Source of the DNA: Myxococcales bacterium | Lineage (GTDB): Bacteria; Myxococcota_A; UBA9042 | Direction of reading: 5' to 3' | Length of the DNA: 41,134 bases | Assembly (NCBI GenBank): GCA_037441385.1 | Contig: JBBISH010000051.1 | Location: forward strand, 1 to 41,134 | Shown: positions 26,515 to 34,509 of the stretch, piece by piece | How the letters are laid out: each line of letters starts with the position of its first letter | Position numbering within the stretch: the stretch's first letter is position 1 | Made by a program: the position numbers and the translations under genes | Notes under the pieces: generated by a model | What the model was told of the DNA's origin: nothing | The model's database searches: none | What the model saw: only the letters and a program-made list of their open reading frames with translations

Positions 26515-28164
26515 ATGACAGCAAAGCCAAGTCCCCTTCTTGCGGCGGTACGGCGCGTTGGCCTTGTCCTTGCGCTGGCCCTGGCAGCCCAGGTGACCTT
26601 GTTGCCCGTGCGCGCGGCGCTGGCGCTGACCAAGGCGGACGTGTTTGAAAAATGCAGCCCCGCCACCGCGTTGGTGGTGCTGATGAGCCGGCGCGGCGTG
26701 GAGATTGGCTCGGGCGTGGTGGTGGATGCCAAGGGGCTGCTGGTGACCAACTACCATGTGGTCGCAGACGCCCCGCAAGCAGAAGCCTTCTACGTGTTCT
26801 TGTACGACCCCAAAGAGCGGGTTGTCGAAGAGGATATCGCCAGCTACGTGCGCGCCCACCAGGCCAAGGCGCTGGCGCCGCGGGTGTTGCGCGTCGATTC
26901 TGAGAACGACTTGGCGCTGCTGCAGCTGCCCGAGCGCAAGAGCGGCTATCCCACGGTGCCATGGGGCGATTCGGACGCGGTGCGCATTGGCCAAGACGTG
27001 GTGGCCATCGGCAACCCGCAGGGGCTGGCGTGGACGCTGACCTCGGGCTCGATCTCGGCGATTCGCAAGAACGCGCTGCAGACCGAGACCGCCATCAACC
27101 CAGGCAACTCGGGTGGTCCGCTGCTGGACATGGAAGGCCGGTTGGTCGGCATCAACACCTGGATCCGCAAGAACGCGCAGTCGCTGGGCTTTGCTCGGCC
27201 GTCCAACGTGGTGCGGGCGTTCGTGGATCACAAGGGCGACCTGGGCCACGCGGTGGCGAGCGGCGCCGAGCGGGCCGACGGCAAAGTCAGCCCCGATGGC
27301 CCGGCGATGGGTCTCATCGTCAAGCGGGTCTTTGCTGATGTGGAAAAGCGCTTTCCGGGTGCGGAGTCGCGCAAGGTCGTGTGCGCGCTGTTTTCGGCCT
27401 TCACCTACGGCGGGCGGACGCTGCTGAGCGGTGTGGGCGAAGTGTCGTGGCTGAACGACAGCCTGGAGGCGGCCGTGGCGTCGCTGCCCGAGGCCGATCG
27501 CGCAAGTGCCATCAAGTACATCGAACAGAGCTTTCCGCTGCTGGCCGTGTCGCAAAGTGGCCACTTGTGGATCCGCAGCGGTGTCCGCTACTTCGACGTG
27601 GGCAAGGCCGTTGCGATGGACATCGACGACGCCACTGGCCAGATCTACGCCACCGATACAGATGGCAACGTGATGCTCTTTGAGCGCAGCACGGGCAAGT
27701 GGCTGGCGACGCGCATGGGGCCGGCCCGCGACATCGAGGCGAGTGACGGCGCCGTGTTCGTGCTGGACAAGGCCGGCCTGGTGTCTGTGGTGCGCGGCGA
27801 CAAGCGGGTGACCTTGAGCTCGCGGCCCGTGCACGGCTCGCTGTTTGCTACCCGCGGGGTGCTGTACGTGCTGGATCAGCAAAGCGGCAGCCTGTTTCGC
27901 TGGCGCGCGGGTCAGTGGGACAACAACGGCGAGGCCATCGCCAGCGGCGTGCACCAAGTTCAAGCCTTTGGGAGCACGTGGTATGGCCTGGACACGGAAG
28001 GGCGGGTCTACTCGGGCAATGTGTCGAGCTACATCGACCGCGACGGCGATCTGATGGGCATCTGGCTCATGGGCGAGGACCTGCTCGGCCTGGGTCGCGA
28101 CGGCTTGCTGTACTTGTGGAGCAATCGCGGCAAGCGTTGGCGGGCGCTGTCGTCGTACAACTAG
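26515..28164 (+). CDS. Secreted trypsin-like (S1C/HtrA-type) serine protease without PDZ; C-terminal beta-propeller-like repeats
   Basis: Signal peptide; GSGVVV, TNYHVV, NDLALL, VVAIGNPQG and INPGNSGGPL; C-terminal 'IYATDTDGNV / VFVLDKAG / WYGLDTEGRVY / LLGLGRDGLLY' repeats. Confidence 0.88.
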   Translation: MTAKPSPLLAAVRRVGLVLALALAAQVTLLPVRAALALTKADVFEKCSPATALVVLMSRRGVEIGSGVVVDAKGLLVTNYHVVADAPQAEAFYVFLYDPKERVVEEDIASYVRAHQAKALAPRVLRVDSENDLALLQLPERKSGYPTVPWGDSDAVRIGQDVVAIGNPQGLAWTLTSGSISAIRKNALQTETAINPGNSGGPLLDMEGRLVGINTWIRKNAQSLGFARPSNVVRAFVDHKGDLGHAVASGAERADGKVSPDGPAMGLIVKRVFADVEKRFPGAESRKVVCALFSAFTYGGRTLLSGVGEVSWLNDSLEAAVASLPEADRASAIKYIEQSFPLLAVSQSGHLWIRSGVRYFDVGKAVAMDIDDATGQIYATDTDGNVMLFERSTGKWLATRMGPARDIEASDGAVFVLDKAGLVSVVRGDKRVTLSSRPVHGSLFATRGVLYVLDQQSGSLFRWRAGQWDNNGEAIASGVHQVQAFGSTWYGLDTEGRVYSGNVSSYIDRDGDLMGIWLMGEDLLGLGRDGLLYLWSNRGKRWRALSSYN

Positions 28165-28182
28165 ATTCTTAACTTCCGCCTG

Positions 28183-28320
28183 TTATGCGCACCCCACCTG
28201 ATTCGCGCCTGTACGGCCTTTCTGACCCGTTCTGCAACTGGCGAGAATCAGGCGGGGACCCCGGTTCGGGCCCGAAGAATTGCCCGAGTTTTCGATCCGA
28301 TTCGGACGGAATTGGTATTA
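28183..28320 (-). mobile_element. 138-bp structured dispersed repeat, copy 2 (inverted)
   Basis: Reverse complement of 6157-6294 with 10 substitutions. Sits between convergent genes, and its terminal TAA is the stop codon of the adjacent CDS. Confidence 0.8.
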
Positions 28321-29088
28321 CGCAACGTCCGTCGCGCTGCGCCAACCGTCCAAATCCGGCCACCTCAGCCCCAGGTGCACCGACAGCCACTGCTCGATCA
28401 GGGCGATCTTACGCAATTCTTTGGCCTTCTTGCTCAGCGCTCCGCCGGTCAGCTGCGCGGCCAGGAAGCGGTCCAACTGCTCAGTCTGGTCCTCGTCCAG
28501 GCCTTTCAACGCAATCTTACGCAGTTGTGCCCTAGCCCGCGCCACCATGTCCACCGGATCGGCCAGTTGCAGCTCCAGCTCGCGCGGGTCGGCGTCGCTA
28601 GCCTCAGCGGCGGGCCGCTGGCCGGCGTCCAGGGCCTCGAACACCTTGCGATAGGCGTAGTGAGCCACCAGACTTGGGTTTTCCTGCAGCAGCGCGGGCA
28701 AGGCATCCAGCAGTTCGGCCAGGCGCGCCGCCACCTTGGGCTCCTCGGCCACAGGCTGCGGCACAGACTCAGCCGGGCCCGCCACCACCACCGCCCGGCT
28801 GGCTTGGAGGATCGCGGGCTCGTACCAAGCCAGCGCCATCGGCAGCCGGGAGTCGACTCCGTGGCGGAATTGCCAAGCCCGCACCCGAGCTTGCAGCACG
28901 CGAATCGCCACGCCCAGCGGCACGCCGGCGCGGTGCCAGCGAGCGGCGCGCTCCGAGTCGGCTGGCGCCCACACCACCCCGCGGCCGCGAATGGCGACAA
29001 AGCACTCCTCTACCGCGGAAACCCAGGTCGTACAGGGATCTTGCGCAGGAGGCAGTGCAGGAGGGAGTGCGGGTGGCAGCGGGTCCAT
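28318..29088 (-). CDS. Hypothetical protein
   Basis: Open frame with plausible codon usage; ATG at 29088 after an AAGGGA RBS; N-terminal pattern VEECFVAIRGRG...ARWHRAGVPL.V.IR. Confidence 0.65.
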   Translation of the reverse strand: MDPLPPALPPALPPAQDPCTTWVSAVEECFVAIRGRGVVWAPADSERAARWHRAGVPLGVAIRVLQARVRAWQFRHGVDSRLPMALAWYEPAILQASRAVVVAGPAESVPQPVAEEPKVAARLAELLDALPALLQENPSLVAHYAYRKVFEALDAGQRPAAEASDADPRELELQLADPVDMVARARAQLRKIALKGLDEDQTEQLDRFLAAQLTGGALSKKAKELRKIALIEQWLSVHLGLRWPDLDGWRSATDVA

Positions 29089-29195
29089 GGCGTCCCTTGG
29101 GCAGCGCGGCGCAGTGTAGCACGGCAGACCGTGGCCGTCTCGGCTCGCATCGCATACCATCCGCAGCGCCCAGCTGGGGCGACGGACACGGGCCC

Positions 29196-30413
29196 ATGAT
29201 CGCAGGCAAGGCCAGCTCAGAACAGGATTTCGCCCTGGTGGCCGCCGGTGTTGGAGGGCGCCGCTGGCGGCTGTGCCCGGCGGGGCCGATCGGGCTGCCG
29301 GCAAGCAAGGTCGGTGGTTTGCGGCAGTTCTCGGTCGACCCCTTAGAGCCCCGGCGGTCGGCCTGGGAGATCCTGCGGGCGCTGGACACCGATCTGCGCA
29401 ACGGGCACGCCGTGGCCGGCTACTGGAGCTACGAGCTCGGGGCGGCGCTGGAGCGGCGGCCGCGCGCCAATCCCTACCCAGATGCGGCGTGGATCACATT
29501 TGATCGTGCAGACTTGCGGCCCGTGACCCTGCCGAACACTGCGATTCCTGACCGCTCGTTGGGGACGCCCCACGATCTGCTGCGGCAAAGGGAAGCGTTT
29601 GCAGCGGCGGCGGCGGCCGTGGCAGAAGCGATCGCCGCGGGCCAGGTGTACCAGGTGAACCTGACTTGTGAATTCGGCGTGCCCATGCCCGAGCCGCGCC
29701 TGGATCTTGCGGTGGCCGCCGTGCTGGCCGCCCAGCCGGTGCCGCATGCACTTGGCGTGCAACTTGGTGATTTAACAGTTGTCTCTGGATCGATGGAGCG
29801 ATTCCTCCAGGTAGACGGCGCCCTGGTGAGCAGCCGGCCGATCAAAGGCACGGCCCCGCGCGGCGCAGACGCGGCCGCGGACCAGGACCAGCGGGAATGG
29901 CTGGCCAGCCAAGAAAAGGAACGCGCCGAAAACACGATGATTGTCGACATGGTCCGCAGCGATCTGCAGCGAGTGTGCCAGGTCGGCAGCGTGGCGGTGC
30001 CCGAACTGCTGGTGTGCGAGCCGTACGCCACCCTGTGGCACTTGGAAAGCGAGGTCGCGGGGCAACTGGCCGAAGTCGGCGGTTTTGCACAGTTGTTGGC
30101 CGCCACCAGCCCACCGGCCTCGGTGACCGGCTGCCCCAAGATTCGGGCGATGCAGGTGATCGACGAACTCGAGCTGCGCGCGCGCGGCGTCTATTGCGGC
30201 GCCGTGGGGCTGATGTGGCCCGATGAACGAGGGCCGCAGGCCGATTTGGCCGTGGCGATTCGCACCCTGTGGTGGCAGGCCGGCCGGTGCACGACCGCAG
30301 TGGGGGCAGGCCTGGTTGCCGACTCGGCGGCAGAGGCCGAGTGGCGCGAGACGGTTCTGAAGGCGCAAGCCGCGTTGCGCACCATGTCCGCCTTGGGGGC
30401 GACATGGGCCTAG
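29196..30413 (+). CDS. pabB: Aminodeoxychorismate synthase component I
   Basis: GYWSYELG, GQVYQVNL, SMERFL, SRPIKGT (the Lys form typical of ADC synthase), EKERAENTMIVDM.RSDL, SVTGCPKIRAM and RGVYCG. Confidence 0.88.
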   Translation: MIAGKASSEQDFALVAAGVGGRRWRLCPAGPIGLPASKVGGLRQFSVDPLEPRRSAWEILRALDTDLRNGHAVAGYWSYELGAALERRPRANPYPDAAWITFDRADLRPVTLPNTAIPDRSLGTPHDLLRQREAFAAAAAAVAEAIAAGQVYQVNLTCEFGVPMPEPRLDLAVAAVLAAQPVPHALGVQLGDLTVVSGSMERFLQVDGALVSSRPIKGTAPRGADAAADQDQREWLASQEKERAENTMIVDMVRSDLQRVCQVGSVAVPELLVCEPYATLWHLESEVAGQLAEVGGFAQLLAATSPPASVTGCPKIRAMQVIDELELRARGVYCGAVGLMWPDERGPQADLAVAIRTLWWQAGRCTTAVGAGLVADSAAEAEWRETVLKAQAALRTMSALGATWA

Positions 30414-31174
30414 TCTGGAATCCACAAGGGGTTTTGCGCGGCGACCGCAGTGGCGAGGCCTGCTTTACCACCCTGTTGGCCGGGCCCGGGTTGCCGGCGA
30501 CCTGGCCGCTGCACCTGGAGCGCTTGAGCCGCGATGCCGGGCTGTTGGGCTTGGACATGCCTGACCAGAATGATCTTCTGTCCGCAATCCTTCAAGCCTT
30601 GGATGCCGGCCGCACCCCGCATGGGCGAGTCCGCATCGAACTGGTGGCCATGGGCGGCTCGCCGTTGCACGGGCCGGCGACAGACACCGCAGTTCGGTTG
30701 CTGGCCACGGCCATCCCAGATGCCGACCCAGGACCGGTCACGCTGCAGACCCTGCCCTCTGGCAAGGGTCAGGCGGGGCCGCTCAGCACCGTCAAACTGC
30801 CGATGATGGCTGAGCATTTTGTGTTGCGCCGCCAGGCCCAAGCCGCAGGGTTTGGCGACGCCCTGCTGACCACGGCAGAGGGGCTGTGGTGCGAGGCCGC
30901 CACGGCCAACCTGCTGGTTGGACTAGAGAATGGCGATCTGGCCACCCCGGGACGGCGCGCGCAGCCACTGCCGGGCACCACGCTGGCGGCGCTGCGGGCC
31001 AACGTGCCGATCGACGACATGGATTTGGATGGGCGCTCGCCCGTGGTGTGGGCGGTGCTGCTCAATGCGGTGTGGGGCGTCCGGGTGGTGGCGGCCATCG
31101 ACGGGCGGCCGCTTGCCGAGCCACCCGCCAAGCTGGTGGAGTTGGCGCGGCGGCGGGTGCGGCCGGCCACATAG
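30404..31174 (+). CDS. pabC: Class IV PLP aminotransferase / 4-amino-4-deoxychorismate lyase
   Basis: CFTTL, HLERL, VK (PLP Lys), GFGDALL, EAATANL, LPGTT and LLNAVWG; overlaps the pabB stop. Confidence 0.75.
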   Translation: MGLVWNPQGVLRGDRSGEACFTTLLAGPGLPATWPLHLERLSRDAGLLGLDMPDQNDLLSAILQALDAGRTPHGRVRIELVAMGGSPLHGPATDTAVRLLATAIPDADPGPVTLQTLPSGKGQAGPLSTVKLPMMAEHFVLRRQAQAAGFGDALLTTAEGLWCEAATANLLVGLENGDLATPGRRAQPLPGTTLAALRANVPIDDMDLDGRSPVVWAVLLNAVWGVRVVAAIDGRPLAEPPAKLVELARRRVRPAT

Positions 31175-31180
31175 CAGCGG

Positions 31181-33217
31181 CTACTGTGCCAGCTTGCGCA
31201 CCTCGACCCGGCAGTCGTAGAAGGTCGGCGCCCGGCCCAAGTCGGTCAGATCCTGATTGGTCACGGCGTTGATGTTGCGCCCACCCGGCGTCTGCTTGTG
31301 CCACCATACTCCCAGTACCGCCACCACGCCCGGTCGAGCCGTGCCGTCCAGGCGCACGCGAGCCTGAGTCTTGCCGTGATCGTTGTAGATTTCGGCCATG
31401 TTGCCGTCGCGCAACCCGCGAGCCGCGGCGTCGTCTGGGTGCAGAAGGCAGCGGGGCTCGCCCACAAGCGCACGCAGGCTGGCGGTCGTGACAAAGCTGC
31501 TGTTCAAGAAATGGCGCTCGGGCGGAGACAGGCACCACAACGGAAACTTCTGAGCCAGCGCCGGGTTGCGAGTACTGCTTTGGTAGTTGGGGACATGGTC
31601 CGGAAGGGGGTCCAAGCCCTGCTGCGCCAGGCGCTGGCTGAAGACCTCGACCTTGCCGGAAGCCGTGGGGAATTCGCCATGTTGCCGGGCGCTATCGTCG
31701 ACCTGCAGCTTGATCCAGCCGCGCTCCTCCAAATCGGCCAGCGTGGCGCCCGCCAGGCTTGGACTGGACCAATCCACTGCATCGTGCGCCACTTGGCGGT
31801 CGTCGTCGTACAAGGCGGGCTGCGGCAGGCGCATGGCCCGCGCCAAATCGCGGAAGATCTGAGCGTTGGACCGGCACTCGCCTAGCGCCGCTACCACGGG
31901 TTGATTGCTGAGCAAGTAGCGGTGGCCATAGGACTTGTGCAGATCGTAGTGCTCGAACTGCATCGTCGCAGGGAGCACCACGTCGGCGTAATCCACGGTG
32001 TCGGTCGCAAAATGCTCCAGCACCACGGTGAACAGGTCGTCCCGGCGCAAGCCAGCAAGCACCTTGGTCGAATCCGGCGCGATGGCCGCGGGATTGCTGT
32101 TGTACACCACCAACGCCTCGACCGGCGGGTTCGCCTTGAGCAGCGCGTCGCCCAGTCCGACCATGTTGAGGGTCCGCGGCTGGTTGGGCAGCAGATCCGG
32201 GCGCGTCAAGGCCTGGCTGTTCATTGGGAAATGTCCACTTGACGACAACAGCATGCCGCCAGCCGCGTCGCGCCACAGGCCCAGCATCGACACCAGGCTG
32301 GCGACGAGCCGAACCGCATTGCCCCCGCCCGCAACGCGCTGCATGCCGTAGTTCAGCCGCACCGCCGCCGGCCGGATGGTCGCAAGGTCCTGGGGGAGCT
32401 CGGCGAGCTCGCTCGTATTCACGCCACACTCGGCGGCCGTGCGCGCCAGCGTCCACGCCTGCGCCCGCTCCAGCAGCGCGTCGCCGCCCAGCACGTGCTC
32501 GGCCATGAAGGTGCGGTCCAATTGGCCCCGTTCGGCCAGTTCGCGCAGTAAACCCAGCACCAACGCGCCGTCCGTGCCCGGAAGAATCGCCAGGTGGCGG
32601 TCGCAGCGGGCGGCCGTGGCGGTGCGCAGCGGGTCGATGCACCACAGCCGCGCCCCGCGCCGTTTGGCGGCCTGGGCCAAGGACCAAAAGTGCAAGTTGG
32701 ACGTGATGGAGTTGCTGCCCCAAATGACGATCAACCGCGCGTCGACAAAGGCTTCGACGTCCAGGCCTACCGACGCCCCCAAGGTGGCCTTGAGCGCCTC
32801 GCTGCCCGCCGCTGCGCAAATGGTGCGGTCCAACAGGCTTGCACCCAGCGCGTGGAAAAACCGTTCAGGGAACTCGCCTTGCACGCGGCCCATGGTGCCA
32901 GCGTAGCTGTAGGGCAAAATGCGTTGCGGGTCGTGTTGGGCAATTTCGCCAAGTCGATCGGCTACTTCGCGCAAGGCCCATTCCCAGCTGACGCGTTCGA
33001 ACTGGCCGCTGCCTTTGGGGCCAACCCGACGCAATGGGTAGCGTAGGCGCTCGGGCGAATACAGCCGTTCGGGGTAGCGCGCCACCTTGGTGCAGAGCGA
33101 ACCGGCAGTGGGCGGGTGATCCGGGTGGCCGCGCACTTCGGCAACTTTTCCATCCACCACCCGCACTTGCAGTGCGCACGTGTCTGGACAATCGTGGGGG
33201 CAGGCCGAGGCAGGCAT
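31181..33217 (-). CDS. Molybdopterin (bis-MGD/MopB family) oxidoreductase with N-terminal 4Fe-4S cluster, uncharacterised YyaE-like clade
   Basis: CPHDCPDTC...LCTK, RLRYPLRRVG.KG.G.FER.SW, YAGTMG, TICAAAG, DTVDYADVVLPA and FLNSSF...HPDDA. No Tat signal. Confidence 0.9.
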   Translation of the reverse strand: MPASACPHDCPDTCALQVRVVDGKVAEVRGHPDHPPTAGSLCTKVARYPERLYSPERLRYPLRRVGPKGSGQFERVSWEWALREVADRLGEIAQHDPQRILPYSYAGTMGRVQGEFPERFFHALGASLLDRTICAAAGSEALKATLGASVGLDVEAFVDARLIVIWGSNSITSNLHFWSLAQAAKRRGARLWCIDPLRTATAARCDRHLAILPGTDGALVLGLLRELAERGQLDRTFMAEHVLGGDALLERAQAWTLARTAAECGVNTSELAELPQDLATIRPAAVRLNYGMQRVAGGGNAVRLVASLVSMLGLWRDAAGGMLLSSSGHFPMNSQALTRPDLLPNQPRTLNMVGLGDALLKANPPVEALVVYNSNPAAIAPDSTKVLAGLRRDDLFTVVLEHFATDTVDYADVVLPATMQFEHYDLHKSYGHRYLLSNQPVVAALGECRSNAQIFRDLARAMRLPQPALYDDDRQVAHDAVDWSSPSLAGATLADLEERGWIKLQVDDSARQHGEFPTASGKVEVFSQRLAQQGLDPLPDHVPNYQSSTRNPALAQKFPLWCLSPPERHFLNSSFVTTASLRALVGEPRCLLHPDDAAARGLRDGNMAEIYNDHGKTQARVRLDGTARPGVVAVLGVWWHKQTPGGRNINAVTNQDLTDLGRAPTFYDCRVEVRKLAQ

Positions 33218-33378
33218 GGGCGTGGTCCTTGGGCAAGAGGGGGCGCGGTCGGGCGGGCACACAGCAAGGGCGAGTGTAGGGCCGCCACCGCGCGGCGCAA
33301 CTGCGGGCCAACCTTGACCCAGCGGCGCGAAGATCGCATGTTTGCCGCTAGGGCCGGCCGCGCCCGAGGACCGACATC

Positions 33379-33885
33379 GTGAAAAGCTTGAAAGCATTGG
33401 CCACCGCTGCACTGCTGACCGCGGGTCTTGGCCACGCCGGCCTGGCCTTGGCCGCCGATCCACCGCCCGCCAAAGCCGAAGCGGCGGCGCCCGCTTGGGG
33501 CAAACTGCTCAGCTCGGACCGCAAGTTGGCGTACCCGCTGGACAAACCCGAGGTGGTGGTGGGCAGCGACCCCGCCTGCGGGGTGGTGGTGCACGAAGGA
33601 TCGGTGTCGCCGCAACACGCCAAGCTGGTCTACAAGGACGGCGTGGTCACGATCGAGGATATGGGCAGCAAGTCGGGCACGCTGGTGGCTGGCACCGCCT
33701 TGAAGAAGGGCAAGCCGTTCCGGATCTTGCAGCCGACCGAGGTCGACGTGGGGGCGGTCACGCTGTACTTCGAGTGGGGCGAGCGCCCAGCTCTACTGGC
33801 GCCCACGCAAAAGCCTGCGCCCAGCAAAGGGAAAGCGGCCCCGAGCAAGCCAGCCGACGGCAAAAAGAAGACCCCGGCCAAGTAG
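33379..33885 (+). CDS. FHA-domain protein with N-terminal signal peptide
   Basis: MKSLKALATAALLTAGLGHAGLALA signal; FHA-like VVGSDPAC...SVSPQHA...IEDMGSKSGTLV.G. Confidence 0.75.
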   Translation: MKSLKALATAALLTAGLGHAGLALAADPPPAKAEAAAPAWGKLLSSDRKLAYPLDKPEVVVGSDPACGVVVHEGSVSPQHAKLVYKDGVVTIEDMGSKSGTLVAGTALKKGKPFRILQPTEVDVGAVTLYFEWGERPALLAPTQKPAPSKGKAAPSKPADGKKKTPAK

Positions 33886-33927
33886 GTCCCGGTCGTTGCG
33901 CCGCCAGCGTGCGGCAAAGAAGGTCCC

Positions 33928-34509
33928 GTGACCGCTGCAGAACACCCCGGGGCGGCCCGCGCCGTGCACCCGCGCGACCATCAACTCCTGCACTTTCAGC
34001 TGAACGGCGAGGCCGTGGCGGTGGCCGCGCCGCCCCATTGGACACTGTTGGAAGTGCTGCGCTATCAGCTGAACCTGACCGGGACCAAGCAGGGCTGCGA
34101 CAAGGGCGATTGCGGCGCGTGCACCGTGCGTCTGGACGGTGCGCCCGTGCTGGCGTGCATGACCCTGGCGGCGCTGGTGCAAGGCCGCTCGGTCGAGACC
34201 GTGGAAGGCCTGGGCGTGGGCGGCGAGCCCCACCCGTTGCAGCGGGCGTTTGCCGAGCTGGGCGCGGCGCAGTGCGGGTTTTGCACACCCGGGATGCTCA
34301 TGTCGGCCGCGGCGTACCTGGACGACCTGGCGACGCGCGATGCGCCGGCGGTGGATGCTGCAGAGATTTCGGCCGTGCTGGGCGGCAACCTGTGCCGGTG
34401 CACGGGCTATACCAAGATCGTGCAAGCGGTGGCGCAGGCCGCGGGCGAGGTGATCGAGCGCACGCAGCTGCTGGCAGAAATGTCGAACGACGACGGGGGA
34501 ATGCCATGA
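33928..34509 (+). CDS. hcrC: Xanthine-dehydrogenase-family 2x[2Fe-2S] subunit (HcrC-like)
   Basis: GTKQGCDKGDCGACTV...AC; QCGFCTPG; GNLCRCTGY. Confidence 0.85.
   Translation: MTAAEHPGAARAVHPRDHQLLHFQLNGEAVAVAAPPHWTLLEVLRYQLNLTGTKQGCDKGDCGACTVRLDGAPVLACMTLAALVQGRSVETVEGLGVGGEPHPLQRAFAELGAAQCGFCTPGMLMSAAAYLDDLATRDAPAVDAAEISAVLGGNLCRCTGYTKIVQAVAQAAGEVIERTQLLAEMSNDDGGMP

Noticed and set aside
28168..28190. attC-like GCATAAC...GTTAAGA / GTTATGC motifs next to repeat copy 2
   Set aside because: Too short for an attC, absent from copy 1, and there is no integrase or cassette array.
28185..28535. Similar short ORFs at 28185-28535 and within 5888-6682 (MRTP.DSRLYG.SDP...)
   Set aside because: The similarity arises solely from the 138-bp DNA repeat; there is no RBS, and the frames run into unrelated flanks.
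33342..34505. N-terminal extension of the 1195-aa ORF, suggesting a fusion
   Set aside because: It overlaps the FHA and 2Fe-2S genes in another frame; the real start is the ATGA-coupled ATG at 34506.
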